In this document: positions 25,000 to 38,180 of the stretch, piece by piece
Layout of the letters: every line of letters begins with the position of its first letter
Numbering within the stretch: position 1 is the stretch's first letter
Assembly (NCBI RefSeq): GCF_001194135.2
Contig: NC_068985.1
Span: forward strand, 31,616,968 to 31,672,910
DNA length: 55,943 nucleotides
Direction of reading: 5' to 3'
Source of the DNA: Octopus bimaculoides
Lineage: Eukaryota
Position numbers and translations under genes: made by a program
Notes under the pieces: model-generated
Told to the model about the DNA's origin: nothing
Databases searched by the model: none
What the model saw: only the letters and a program-made list of their open reading frames with translations

Positions 25000-27300
25000 G
25001 CACAGTCACAAATCTGTGCTGCTGGTAACATATGATCCAGTATAACCTGTATTCCTGGCTGGGTGGTCAGTGACTAAACATGCTCCCCTGTCAGGAATGC
25101 CTAGTGAGGAGGATTCACTAGAAATCAAGCAGGAGAAATACATGACCTGTCATAAGGTAGAAGAATTCAGGAAAATGTCAACAACTATCAAATAACAAAC
25201 TATGGTGACATGAGATGGTAAATGAGTGAGGTTTAAGGACCACTTGGAAGTGATGGATCCCTAGTTCTACCCAGAACATTCAGCTAAGAGATAGAAAATT
25301 CCAAATTTTAAACCCTCACGATTTTGTTGGTTGCCATAGTTGGCAAAGATTAGGAGAAGGAAACTCTAATATAAAACCTCCAGTTGATAGTGCCACCAAT
25401 CATCTTGATCATTTCTTGTCACTGGAACATGGTAGCTGATACTTAGAGAGTGGTACTTGTATTGTACAAGTGTCTATAATCTCTATAAGGTGCTGGTGTT
25501 TCCAAACACCACAGTATATTATGTCTTTCAAAACTAGCATTATCCAGTATCAAAGTATTTTATGAGGAAAAGAAAGTAACCAGTTTTATTGAAACTGGTC
25601 TGTTAAAGTTTTTAGGTGATAAGTGTGTGGTGATGTATGCAGGCTTAATGAGTTATAAGCATGGTCAAAAACCTGCCCATTAGGTATGAACAGGATTTCT
25701 CTTAACATTTTTCTCCAATCTTGGCAATCAGAAGAATTATGTAGAATCCCTTATAACTGAGAAACCTTATTTAAGAAGGGCACTTCTCACTCAATTACTA
25801 GTGTAAAGACTAAAAAAGGTGCCCCAAACACTGCTGTTATACAAGCTGGTCAGCTCACCATGACTGTGAGTAACAGCTATTAGTTTAACAGGAGCAACAA
25901 ATGTAAAATGCAAGAACAAATAAGCAAAGTACACATCAACAGATGTGATACTAGAATGTGTGAGCCCTGCTAGAAGATGAATAATCCAGCAGATCTGAGC
26001 ACCACACTGTTTTTGTTGTAGCAGAGCATCACTAATATTGCTGCCTTTTTTGAGATATGATTGTCAGGAGAATGTTGTTAGTTAACTGAAATGGATTGTG
26101 ACTACAGTTTCTTTTCTGCAAGCCAACAGATGAGGAACAAGAGGATGCCATTTGTGATGTGGTCAGGAAGAACTCAGCTGATAGGCTAGATCAACTCTGC
26201 TTGCTAGTGTCTTGTAGGTACCTTTATTCTCTGTGTTTGCACCAACTCTTCATTCACAAGGAAAAATTCTCCTTCTTTTCTAGAAAATTATAGCAATGCC
26301 ATTTTTCCCACAGTGATTGGCAAAAAGATAATCCTACATGGTGACTTTAATGCCAGGGTAGGTTGTGACTGCAACACATGGTCTAATTTGGGACAACTCA
26401 GCATAGGGAAAATGGATAGTACCAATTTACATTTACTATAACTATGTTATAAGCTAGGTCTTGTGTAGATAAAAACACTCTTCAACTTAAAACTCAGGTA
26501 TAAAGTTATCTGGAGAAACACTCAGCTGAATCAAGGCCATTTTATTGACTGCCATATGTAACCACAACACTTGTGTTCTCTGTAGCATTAAAATTTTGCA
26601 TGGGGCTAGCATCATAGAACTGGTAAAGCTGAATCTGTTTGTTAGGAAAACATTTATAATGAATAACATGAAGGTCCAAATGGCTGAATGTTGGGAAATT
26701 CTAAGTCCCACCTGTAGCTTTTCATGGAATTCGGGGCACACAGACACAAATATTGATTCTATGAAAACAATTCACAAATATCTGAGCTTCTAGGCATCAG
26801 GCAAAAATTATGCCAGAAATTGTTCAATTTAAATTTGTCTTGAAAGGAACATTTTCAGCCAGAAGAATTACTGAAACACCAAAAATAACTTTACAGAGAG
26901 AACTGAGGGTACTGAAAATGCATGGTGGCTGAATATATCTGTGAATATTTAAGTGAACTTTGATAAAAGAGTACAATTTGTTGAAACAAATATTTGCTTC
27001 TTGTCATTCAACTATCAGTCTTCTCCATTCCAAAGATGGATCTACTTTTATCAGTAATATTGAAGGTTTTATGGGCAGAGCATTTCACAAATATTTTTCA
27101 TAATCCATCTCATAGAAAACTTACTGCAGCATCATGTTATTTAAAAACAGTTTAATAATCTTAATATAGAGGAAGTCAACTAAGGAAAAATTTCAAGAGC
27201 TTAGAGATACCTGACATCTAACTTCATTTATCTCCAAGAAAATACTTTCTATGCCCATATTGTATAAATAATATGTAACTTTAAGGAAACTTCCACCACA
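25000..27300 (+). mobile_element. Old RTE/BovB-like LINE remnant (5' region and AP endonuclease)
   Basis: ILHGDFNARVGCD...W..LG...GK APE motif at about 26330-26430; surrounding sequence heavily decayed, boundaries approximate. Confidence 0.55.
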
Positions 27301-27623
27301 TATAAAATAAAGGTGACCACTACCAAAATTCACGTGCTTAACATGACTTTCAACAAGACATGATATATTTCTAAGTATTTAGATATTCGAAACCTATAAT
27401 TTGTTTTTATGATTTTGTTGCTTGATTAAAAAACTTTATTGTTTTCATGACACGAATAAAATATTTAAATGCTTTTGCTATCATAAAATGTTATTGAAGG
27501 TATGAGAAAAAAAAATAAAGTCTTTTTTAGTCAATTTAAGCTATAAAATCAACTAAATACATTGTAGGTTTCTATTCAATAAAGAGTGTAACCTGTGTAA
27601 ATAAATAGACAAGTAATGACAAG

Positions 27624-27932
27624 AGGTGGGGATAAATGAAGATTAAATCAAAATATCTTGCTGTACTAGCATGGTAAAATGGACATAAAAATACACTAAA
27701 ATGAACTGCAGGGGGTGGATTAAATAGTAGCACTATTCTATAAGGAAGGAGTATGCTTGTACAGATGTATATAAAAATCAACTATGTTGGGACCTTCATT
27801 AAAAGCTACCACACAATCTAGTAGGAAAGAGAAAGATCACTGCAATATTAGAAAAGGTATAGAAACAGAAAAATAACAAATCTCTGTAGTTTGATCTAAG
27901 CATCTTTCCATCTGCAGCCAAAATCAGTAAGT
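27624..27932 (+). promoter_or_regulatory. Promoter plus non-coding exon 1 (about 27798-27926) of peptide gene copy 2
   Basis: TATATAAA at 27768, TCATT A at 27798 (30 nt), ATG-free exon, donor CA|GTAAGT at 27927. Confidence 0.7.
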
Positions 27933-30683
27933 TAACTTTTATTTATATCTGAATTCAACTTCAGTTAAAGGAAACATTTTTTCACAGCAATTCATCACAA
28001 ACATCTACATTTTATTCAGTGATGTAACAACAAAACAATAAAAAAACAAACAAAAATGAGGTAATGTTTAGCTAGTCTGAAAATGGAAAGAAAATAGAAA
28101 AACAAATTCAGTAAATGGAGATTCTAGATTATGTGACTATCTCATTTTATAGCTTAACATTATCTAAATTACAAATATATATTTTTTCTTTGAGTGGGGC
28201 AGTAGATCTTGCAACACATAAAGCCATAAACAAATTGCATGTAAACATTCAGTTGACAAACACTTTTGGACAGAAGTCAAAGGCTGCCCATGGAACTTGA
28301 ATCCGTATATCCTGTAGATATGACAGGTGTTCTATCCAAAAGGGTTTTCCAACACAATATTTACATGCTATTATTTATAGCTTTATGTACTTCAAGATCC
28401 ACTCTTCCAAAAAAGAATAATTTTACACTCTCTTGTAAGTTTATAAAATTCTTATAAAATAAAATATATCTTTGTTTAAAATATGTAATGAAAAAGTAAT
28501 TTTATGTTTTATTACATAACAGTTATATGTTCATTCAGTTTCCCCAATTAATAATTTCTAAATATAATTTAGTTCATTTTTAATAAGTTATGGAAATTAT
28601 ATATATATATATATATATATTGTGTGTGTGTATGTGTGTGTGTGCGTGTGCATCAGTAATTTGTATAGCTCAATGAAAATTAAGTAAATAATGGCTGTGT
28701 GGTGAAGAAGTTAGTTTCCCAATTACATGGTTTTTGTTTCAGTTTCATAGCATGGTACCTTGGGCAAAGGTCTTTTATATAGCACAACAAACTGCTTTCA
28801 TAGTGATGTAGCAAGGTCAGATGATTGCATCTGTAATAATCTAAGATCTTTCAACTGCTTAAAAGAATGTGTATGAAGCCAAACATGAGATGATATTGGA
28901 AATTTTCCCTGTTAACTTGTGGGCAACACTATTAAACCTTTATAAATTCAACAAATACAAATTCTGTCACATATGCAGAAAAAATGTACACACTGCAACA
29001 AACAAAAGCAACTTCAGTTAAATTGCTACAGTCAATGTATTGATAAAATCTGACTGAATATCTGACCTGCAAAAGTTTAGTAGAAGAGAAATTGCTATGC
29101 AGAGCCATCACAGTCATAATATGCCATGTAAATATGACAATCTCCATGAGAAAACACATAGACTTGGTGAAGCTTTAGGATCTGATAAATGAATACTAAT
29201 CCCTGATATATATATCAATATATTCTCCAGCATTAATATACATATGTGTTTAAGTGTTTGTATCTGTGATAGTACACATAAAGGAATAGAGTACAGAGTA
29301 AAACATAAACCAATAGACACACATGCATACACATATGTGCACACACGCACACACACACACACATACAAGTAAAATGTCCATATTAAAACAGCCAAACATC
29401 AAAGCAATCATGAACAGTGTGCAGCTAGAATTCTTACAATTGTTCCAAAAGTTTAACTTCTCTATTTCTAAGTATCTCTCCTAACCAAAACACGTTATTA
29501 ACATTGCTAAGATGACATCCCAATAATTGCCCCTTCTTCTCAGGACCAGAAGATACTTTAGCCACTAACAACTGTCGATGCTTTTACAAAGTACAAGTGA
29601 AGACCATGATGAAGTGTTACTCTCACATTGGGATGCTACTGCTGCTGCTGCACACATACATTCCTGACTGCATTCAGAAAAAGGACTGCCTAATTGATTG
29701 CATAGTCACTAACATATAAACTCCAGCCTCTAGCCCACAGACACACTGTTGTCTCTCTCTGTCATCTTTCTATTTCAACTGCTAAAGTTGGTCTAGGAAG
29801 CTGTTAATATGAACATCAGAGTAATAGATAAGCAATCTTCGAATTCCAGAACAATAGCAATCAATGTAGGGACTGTGGTTGAAGGAATTTATTGAATGCA
29901 ACATATGTATAGCATATATATGCCTAATTTTAAAAAGGTAAGTGATATTCCTACAGCAAATGGTCTCATTTGAAAGTCACAAAGATCAGTGGTTCTGCCA
30001 GTGTATAGGGCTTTTAATTTCTCAACAGAAATGTTGGAAGTAGAGATGACAGCAGTAATATATAGGTGAAAGTACTCGCTGGTTGCCAATACATAAGAGA
30101 TGATAAAAACACAAACATATATACTTTTATTTTTAACAAATGCCAGCATGAATATTTGAAGTAAAGATACCAATATTGATGGCAATCATTGATGTGACAG
30201 TAGTATCAATTCTTTTCTTTGTTTTCTGATGCAAGGAAAGAATGCTATTCAAAGTCACTTTGCTAAAACCATTAGTTTTCTCTTCATTATCAATTTTTAT
30301 TGCTTTTTACTCTTTTTATGTTTCCCGTCTTGCATTAAGACAAGACTTCTCATTAAACATTCATTTCTATTAAATATCTTACACTTCAACTTCATATCCA
30401 TGTTAAGTGAAGAAATATTGCTTTGGAAGGTATTCACATAGCAATTTATAACAATAACCATAAAATATGTCATGTAATATGTTCTCTTCATATCCTAATA
30501 GCAGAAAGCAAGCTTTTGACATGAAATGTTATGTTAATAAAAACATATACAACAGAACATGAATAAATTTTTATCTTTCTGGTTGAATAATTTAGAATGA
30601 TATAATGTAATAGTTATTTAATGATAGTCAGTAAAATACATACATTTCTTTTGTGATCTTTCCAGTTCTTACCAAAATACAAC

Positions 30684-30959
30684 ATGAAGCAGTATTTGAG
30701 CAACCAGCTAATAATTGTTGTCTTCTGTTTTATTGGAGTGACATTGTCGGCAGAATTTTCAGAAGTTGTAGGAAATCCTGCTGTTGAATCTCAAAACTAT
30801 GCATTTATGAGTCAATCAAATGGATATCAACGCAGAATACCATCTCATCCCTTACGAATTCAAAGGCAAGTTTTCAAACAAGAGAATGAGCAAAAGTTCG
30901 TGGATCCATGTAATGAAAATTTTGAAGTATCAGATCCATTCCCTAATAAGAAACATTGA
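30684..30959 (+). CDS. Small secreted prepropeptide, family copy 2 (91 aa), whole CDS in exon 2
   Basis: MKQYLSNQLIIVVFCFIGVTLSA signal-like N-terminus (17 of the first 24 aa identical to copy 1), RIQR (R-x-x-R) site, C-terminal ENFEVSDPFPNKKH. Acceptor ttccag at 30664-65; AATAAA at 31053-58. Confidence 0.87.
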   Translation: MKQYLSNQLIIVVFCFIGVTLSAEFSEVVGNPAVESQNYAFMSQSNGYQRRIPSHPLRIQRQVFKQENEQKFVDPCNENFEVSDPFPNKKH

Positions 30960-31149
30960 TTAAAAATGCAAATTCTTAAAGAATTGCCAATATCTCTGTG
31001 TTTCTCCTATTTCCTCAAATGATACACGCTTGAATCTAATATTTTTGCATAAAATAAAGTTACCATAGCTCTATAAAAGTTTGTCTTATTCCTACAGTGG
31101 CTGTAAAGCTAAGGTATTATTGATTCATGTTATATTGCATATGAATGTG

Positions 31150-31565
31150 CTGACATAGCTGCAGGGTTAAAAAGTTTGCTTCCTGACCATGTGGTTTTAG
31201 GTTCAGTCCCACTGTGAGGTATCTTGTGCAAATGTCTTCTACTATAGCCCCTGACAAATCAAAGCCTTGTGAGTGGATCTAGTGAATGGAAACTAAAAGC
31301 TGATTGTGTGTGTGTGTGTGTGTGTGTATATACATACATACATATATGCCCTTGTCTTGACATCATGTGATGGGTGTACATCAGCATGTTGTTCATTTTC
31401 AGTCTTCTGTGAAATATATGTTTGGCTATGGGAATATTACTTTGCATGGAAACAGTTGGGGGTTGGCAACAAGAAGGCCATCAAGCCATAGAAAATCTGT
31501 TTCAACAAATTCCGTCTGACCCATGAAACATGGAAAAGTGGACATTAAATGATAATGATGATGCT
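31150..31565 (+). mobile_element. tRNA-derived SINE with RTE-type 3' tail (also 39965-40440 +)
   Basis: Head ..gtttgcttcc..ccatgtggtttt.ggttcagtcccactg, internal (GT)n, tail catggaaaagtggacattaaatgataatgatg. Confidence 0.75.
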
Positions 31566-31691
31566 GATGTTGAAGAGCATCATCCTTTGTCATAGGTTAC
31601 TAAGAGATTAAGCTGTAGGCCTTAATAATGTATATAATCAACAAAAGGCTTCACAGTTATGTGCAAAAGTGCTTTCACAGCATAATATACT

Positions 31692-31745
<54 letters not shown>

Positions 31746-31831
31746 CGCGTGCGTGTGTGTGTGTGTGTGATTAACAGAATGAGATAAACATCCAAGGCTG
31801 TGAAAGATTTCAGAGCATTTATAAAGAGAAG

Positions 31832-31879
31832 GTCTTACAGCTGTTTCCGGGATATCTTATATATCCCTTCATCGGAGAC
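31832..31879 (-). ncRNA. Minimal type I hammerhead-like motif of Penelope-like element type (core CCGAUGA variant)
   Basis: Minus strand GUCU-CCGAUGA-AGGGAUAU auaag AUAUCCCG-GAAA-CAGCUG-UA-AGAC: stems I and II pair, stem III is a palindrome, GUA cleavage triplet. Confidence 0.7.
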
Positions 31880-32156
31880 AGTGCGAGAAAATGGTTAAGC
31901 AATAGTTATTCTAGAGAAGATATGAAATAGAGAGTGAAGTGGAGGAATGAAAGCAGACGTGATATATGCAGGGATATTGTATCTGCAGTTCCATTATTTA
32001 AGCAGAATGGTATACATATAAGTTTCCTGTGCCTTGTGTGTAAGTTCCAATAATATTTAAAATTGGTCATTCCAAGCATAGAGTTTGTACAAACTCTATG
32101 CTTGGAATGACCAATTTTAAATACTACATATGTGTGTGTGTATGTGTATATACATA

Positions 32157-32216
<60 letters not shown>

Positions 32217-33844
32217 TGTCCACATTTATATATGTGGGCATATATTTGCGTACATATTTATTTGCATATTTGTATGTGTGTCTATATGTGTGTATGCTTG
32301 TATTTATGTAGATATACATGTAATTTTATATGTGCATTTTTATATGTGTACATTTCGCAAGCTGAACGAAGTATTTAACTTTTGTTATACCCTTATTTGA
32401 ATCATTTCACTCTCTCTACCTCTATCTATTTTTTCCCTTTCTCTCTCTACTTCTTTTTCCCTTTTTTCTTTCTCTTACCATCACTTGTTATTATCTGATT
32501 TTTCCCTTTTCTTTCTTTCGCCTGTAACAACTAACTTGTATAAGCATACACCAAAAGATTTTGTATGCATGCGTATGTGTGCATGCATACATATATATGC
32601 ATTTGTATATAGTTATATTTTACCTCTATATCTCTGTATATGTATGTAGCCGTGTACCAACGTCTGTATGTTTAGTGTATATATATGTATATTATTTGGT
32701 ATGTGTATATATTGCTAAATGTATATGTAATCTAGTGTGAAACATATGTCTTTTAATTTATTAATTTATTATTATTTTTGCAGCTAATTATTTACCCTGA
32801 GTATTCAGGACTTTTTCCTTCTTTATAAGCTGTTTTTGATTTAAGGTTTTCTTCGATTTTTATAATAATATGATTTTAAACCGCAATTTGTTATTTCATG
32901 CAACTGGTTACTGAAAAGATCGTTTGTTGAAAGGACCAATGAAACAAAACCATTTTCAAATGTGTATCTATCAAAGTATTTGTATTTCTGCATATAATTT
33001 TTATCTTGCTCCATTCTAAACAAAATTGTCCGACGAACGGGAACATGAAATTCTGAGTAACAGTTTTTGTGATATTTTTGCTGCTTTTTAATAAAGCATA
33101 TTACTCTACCTCTGGTATTCGAGTACTATTTTTTCCAACCTTATTTCACATTTATATGCTTACTCTGGTATATATATATTCATATATCATACACATACAC
33201 ATGTGTGTATGTGTGTCAGAGAGAGAAAAAGAGTGTCTGCAAACAGTGCAGAAGACATTCTAGTAGAAAAGTTCAGCACACTCGGGGTGGAAGCTGGTGG
33301 TTGTAAAAAGGCCATATATCTAAGCTGTTAACACAAGGTAGCCAGGTGGGCTTATAGTAGTTCTTATGTAAGCTCAGTTACTGCTCTGTTAGTTGGAGGT
33401 AAAAACTGTATTTGAATTGATGGTCTGCTGCACAATGTTGCTATGTTTTGATACTGCATAGTCTGCTGTCTGTTACTTCTATGCCTGTTGTGATTACCAC
33501 TGTGATAAGAGCTACCAGAAACACTGACTACTGATACATTCATTATGTTGACCTGTACACAGAGACTTGCTTCCACATGTCTGAATTGGGCTGAGCAGCA
33601 TGCCCACTGAAGACTACCAACAATTCCAGTTAGTAAACTCCTTTACAATACTCCATCTTAACAGTGATGTTTGTTAGTGCAATATCAGTCTGAGTTACTG
33701 ATGGGTGCAGGCACATTTATTGATGAAGTGGATGTACTAATAAGCCTGAAATGTGATGACAGAAATATCTGTTGACACTAGTGCAGATTAATGGGCCAAT
33801 GTATGAGCTGAGTGGCACTTTTGTTGATACCAGATAATCTAGAC

Positions 33845-34155
33845 CAGTGGTTCCCAAACTTTTTCAGGCTGCTGCTCCCTTCATATCAATGGCCACATTC
33901 CTAGCTCCCCCACCCCAACTAACCATCACAAATATAGACCTCTTTCTGAAGCAAATTCAAAGCAACTGTATTTCACAAATAAAACTTAAACTAATGAATC
34001 CATTATTTTGTTGTTTTTACATGAATCATTACCCCATTATCACCCAACTTTTTACATGAATTGCTACCCCATTATCACCCCACTTTTCTTCAATGTTCCC
34101 TTAGAACTTTCCACCACCTCTAGGGGAGCAATACCATCCACTTTGGGAACCACTG
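33845..34155. mobile_element. hAT (Charlie-like) MITE
   Basis: 14-bp TIR CAGTGGTTCCCAAA and a perfect 8-bp TSD ATCTAGAC (33837-44, 34156-63). Confidence 0.92.
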
Positions 34156-34304
34156 ATCTAGACCAATAAACAAGCTGCTGCATAAGTTGATTGATCCAAA
34201 AGAAAATTATGTAGACAGATTAATTGTCATAGCAGGCACTAATGTGCCTACCATGACAATACTACCAACTATGTGAGGGTGTCTGGTCAAGCAGTTAGGG
34301 TGTC

Positions 34305-34570
34305 TGGTCAAGCAGTTAGGGTGTCATGCTCATGATTGTGAGATCATGGTTTTGATTCCTGGATCAGGCAGTGTACTGTGTATTCTTGAGCAAAACACTT
34401 CATTTCACCTTGTTCTGCAATTATTTCAATATCTGATGTCTGACACACCATGCCTCATAGAGGCAATGTCAATTTAATGGAGGGAGTGAGCTCATGTACA
34501 GTACAAACATTTGATCATGATAGACAAATCATCTGAGCAGGTTGTTCAACAAGAAATTGCAGAGTCATCT
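34305..34570 (+). mobile_element. tRNA-derived SINE
   Basis: ggtcaagcagttagggtg...ggttttgattcctgg head followed by cttgagcaaaacacttcatttcac. Confidence 0.55.
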
Positions 34571-35391
34571 TTCACAGATTTGAGAAGCTACTAGTTGACT
34601 AGTCTAAAAAGTGGTGATGTAGATATATCTGTTGATCTTAGCCTGTTAGATGGTTGTCAGTAGAAGTAAACTACCAATTTGTGGATTTACATTTGAAGCA
34701 CTATCAATATAACAACATATGGTATCCACTACAAAGTGTTGCTGACTCAAGAAGCTAACATGGCAATTTATAGTTACTAGTATTACAAAAATAACAACAA
34801 AAACATCTGTTTGTGTGAATAATTGCATTATCTATTAACCACATTTGTGTTTTAGTTATTGTATAGGTTTTATTACCAGAACATTCAATCACTAAAATCT
34901 ACAACCATCTTCAGAAGTCAACTTTGTTACATACTAATAGAAATAAAGTGAAAGACAAGAAACGAAAAAAAGCAAATGAGAAATGAAGAATAAAAAAAAT
35001 TTCAAGTGATAAATTGATATATGTGGAAGTCAACAATAGTGGTAGTGTCTTTGAAACTGTAAACCAAAATGATTAGATAGCCAAGATATATTTTTATAAA
35101 GAGACTTAAGTTCTCTTCATTTTCTTTAATCTTCTGAAGTATTATAAACTAGCAGTGGTTTCTGAAGAAAATTTTTCCAAATGAAAGTAATAAAACATAA
35201 GAACACATGAAAATAATTTTCTTATTTCATGCTAAACATTTCAGAATTATACAATATAATATTTATTTAATGAGGGTTAATAAAATCTGTGTGTGTGTGT
35301 GTGCATGCATGCATGTGCATGTGTGAGTGGGTGGGCATATGTATGCATATGCATGTGGGTGCACATGCACATCTATTTGTGATATTTTTAG

Positions 35392-35696
35392 TTATTACCA
35401 AAATACAATATGAAGTAGTATTTGAATAACCAGCTAATTGTTGTCTTCAGTTGTAATAGAGGTGATACTATCCCCAAAATCTTCAGATTAAGTTATAAGA
35501 CATTCTACAACTACATTAAAACAAATTTGCATATAAGCATGAGCATAGCTGTGTGGTAAGAGGCTTGTTTCACAATCACATGGTTCTGGGTTCAGTCTCA
35601 CTGCATGGCACCTTGGGCAAGTGTCTTTTACTACAGCCTGGGGCCAACCAAAGCCTTGCGAGTGGGTTTGGTAGACAAAAATTGAATGAAAAACCC

Positions 35697-35730
<34 letters not shown>

Positions 35731-36140
35731 TGTGTTTGACCCCCCCATGATTGCTTGACAACCAATGTTGGTGTGCTTACGTTCCTGTAACTTAGCAGTT
35801 CGGTAAAATAGACTGATAGAATAAGTACTAGGCTTACAAAGAATCAGTCCTGGGGTTGATTTCTTCAACTAAACAACCTTGGCTGCAATCAAATGACTGA
35901 AACAAGTAAAAGAATAAAAAAGAATATCAATGTTAAATCCTGTCCTATCATTTGTGAACTCAAGGAATCTAAACGAAAAATGAAGCTAAATCTAGTTGAG
36001 AACTAAGCTTCATGAATCTATGGCAGAGTGGAATCTTAACTGATCTTGTAAAAAAAAATTACTAATGATGCATCCTTTTCATATTTCACATTTCTACAAA
36101 ATAATATATTTACAATTGCTCAATAAAATTTTCTCTGCGT
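35392..36140 (+). pseudogene. Pseudogenised coding exon of the peptide family (copy 3), split by a SINE
   Basis: Acceptor ttttag|ttattaccaaaatacaat, then ATG at 35410: ATG AAG TAG TAT TTG AAT AAC CAG CTA (stop at codon 3), a frameshift, and VILSPKSSD* matching VILTAESSNE. After the SINE, homology resumes (gaa tat caa ... ttg tga act caa vs gga tat caa ... tta cga att caa). A homologous 3'UTR follows at about 36085-36140. Confidence 0.8.
35536..35925 (+). mobile_element. tRNA-derived SINE inserted in pseudogene copy 3 (related copies 47815-48240 -, 28690-28790 +, 10720-10920 -)
   Basis: gctgtgtggtaagaggcttg...ggttcagtctcactgcatggcaccttgggcaagtgtc head, (GT)n, tail caaatgactgaaacaagtaaaaga. 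Confidence 0.85.
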
Positions 36141-36239
36141 CTTACTATTGCCATAAAACTAGGATCTTATTTATATTTCATACTGTGAACAATACGATCT
36201 TAGGTTACAGGTTTATCACTGCATGTAATATAACAAGAG

Positions 36240-37740
36240 TAACAAGGAAGTATTTGTGCACTTGGGTGACTGTAAACCCTTGCAATTTCTGCACCGCATG
36301 AAGGAATTGGCCCAAAATGCACCTGCTGATAGTGATTTATTGAAACAACTTTTATTTTCCTGGTTGTCCTCTAATGTCCAAGCCTCTATGGTGGAGATGA
36401 CTCCCATCGAGCCAATAGCCTCCGCCGCCGACAGAATCACAGAGTATACACCACCAAGCCGACCCCAGTACCACTGCATACCTCTGCACACCCACCAGCA
36501 GTGTCAGTTTCCCCTGATAAGGACCTTGTTTTGGCTGCTATCCTAAAGGCAATAGCTGAATTAATGAGAGGAGGGCAACTCCTTCACACTTCCAGGCCAC
36601 GCTCACCCAGACTGCGTTCTTTTGATTGCTCCTTCTCTCCTCACCGTCACTTATCCACTGCTCATTCATCTATATGCTGGTACCATGCCAAATTTGGAGC
36701 TTCAGCACAAAAATGTACCCAACCCTATACTTTTTCTCACCAGGAAAATGACCAGCCAGAGAACTGAGCGCAACACATTCTCTGCAGCAGCCAGCGGGCA
36801 ACTGTGCATTTTTCATAACAGACTGGCTATCCCATGCCCGCTGCCTTGTAGATACAGATACTGCCTGCAGTATCTGACCATTAAAACTCTTCATGGATAA
36901 ACTGCTGTTATCCCCAGTGACTCTACAGGCAGTGAACCATTCACCGATTCCAACTTTCGGCCAGATATCTCGTTCGTTGGATTTAGATCTGCGACATGAC
37001 TTCAAGTGGATTTTCACAGTTGCAGATCTCTCTTACCCAATATCAGGTGCAGATGTTTTGCACCACTTCCATTAGCTTGTGGACATGTGCAATCAGCACT
37101 TATGGGATGCGACCATAGAACTTTCTGTCCCAGGTAAAAGGCCACTAACCACTGCAGTTAGTCCAGTCTCTTTCATTGCTGCCACAGATGACTCATACCA
37201 TGCACTCTTAAACTCATATCCAGAGCCGACTAATCTAAATATTTTTACTGCTGCTCCAACTCATACCACCACCCATTTCATCAAAACTAAAGGTGCTCCA
37301 GTTTTTCTCTCACTCTTGCTGCCTCTCCTCAGAGAAGCTACAGGTGACCAAGACGGAATTTAACCACATGCTCCAGTTGGGCATCATCCACCCCTCTAAT
37401 AGCCCCTGGGTGTCACCCTTGTATATAGTTCTAAAGCGTTCTGGGAACTGGCGGCCCACTGGTGGCTACAGGAGATTAAACTCCTTCATGGTGTCAGACA
37501 GGTCCCCAATACCTTACATTCAGGATTTTGTGTCATGTCTCCACAACTGCAGAGTATTCACCAAACTGGACTCGGTTAAGGCATACCATCAGATTCCTGT
37601 AAATCCAGAGGATATTCCAAAGACTGTCGTAACCACTACATTTGGCACCTTCGAATTCCTAACTATGCCATTTGGTTTACAGAATTCAGCCAGCACATTT
37701 CAGAGGCTCATAGACGAAGTTGTCTGAGACTTAGACTGTC
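36240..37740 (+). mobile_element. Ty3/gypsy LTR retrotransposon internal fragment (gag, protease, N-terminal RT)
   Basis: Gag LGDCKPLQFLHRM and CWYHAKFGASAQKC; protease-like WIFTVADLSYPISGADVL; RT SPWVSP...YRRLN...FTKLD...AYHQIP...MPFGLQNSASTFQR. Frameshifted, truncated before YxDD, no LTRs seen. Confidence 0.9.
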
Positions 37741-38180
37741 TTCATACTCTTGATTGCTTTATCTACCAAGGTACTGTCAATTAGGATAGCTGGTCCCTCT
37801 GTTGGGTCTACATTTGGTAGACTCTCTTTCTCCCATTCATTCTCTTTATTGAGCAACCTTTCATAGTGGCATCTTACATGTAAAAATATTGTTGTTTTAT
37901 GATGAATAGTTCAGTAATTATTATAGGTAATTATTATTTTGGATGCTTAATTACAAAATATGGATTACAGTAAATTGTTAATAGAAGGCAAAAATGAATG
38001 GGAAAAGTGCAAGTAGAAACCCAATAATTACAATGGTGAATATATAAGGACAACAGAAAAAAGATTCAGATGGTATTCAAGTTATTCAACTTGCTGACAG
38101 CAAATGATATCTGATTGTGATGACTGAAATATAATATTTAATAACAGTCAATAAAACAATGTTTTTTGTAATATTTTCAG

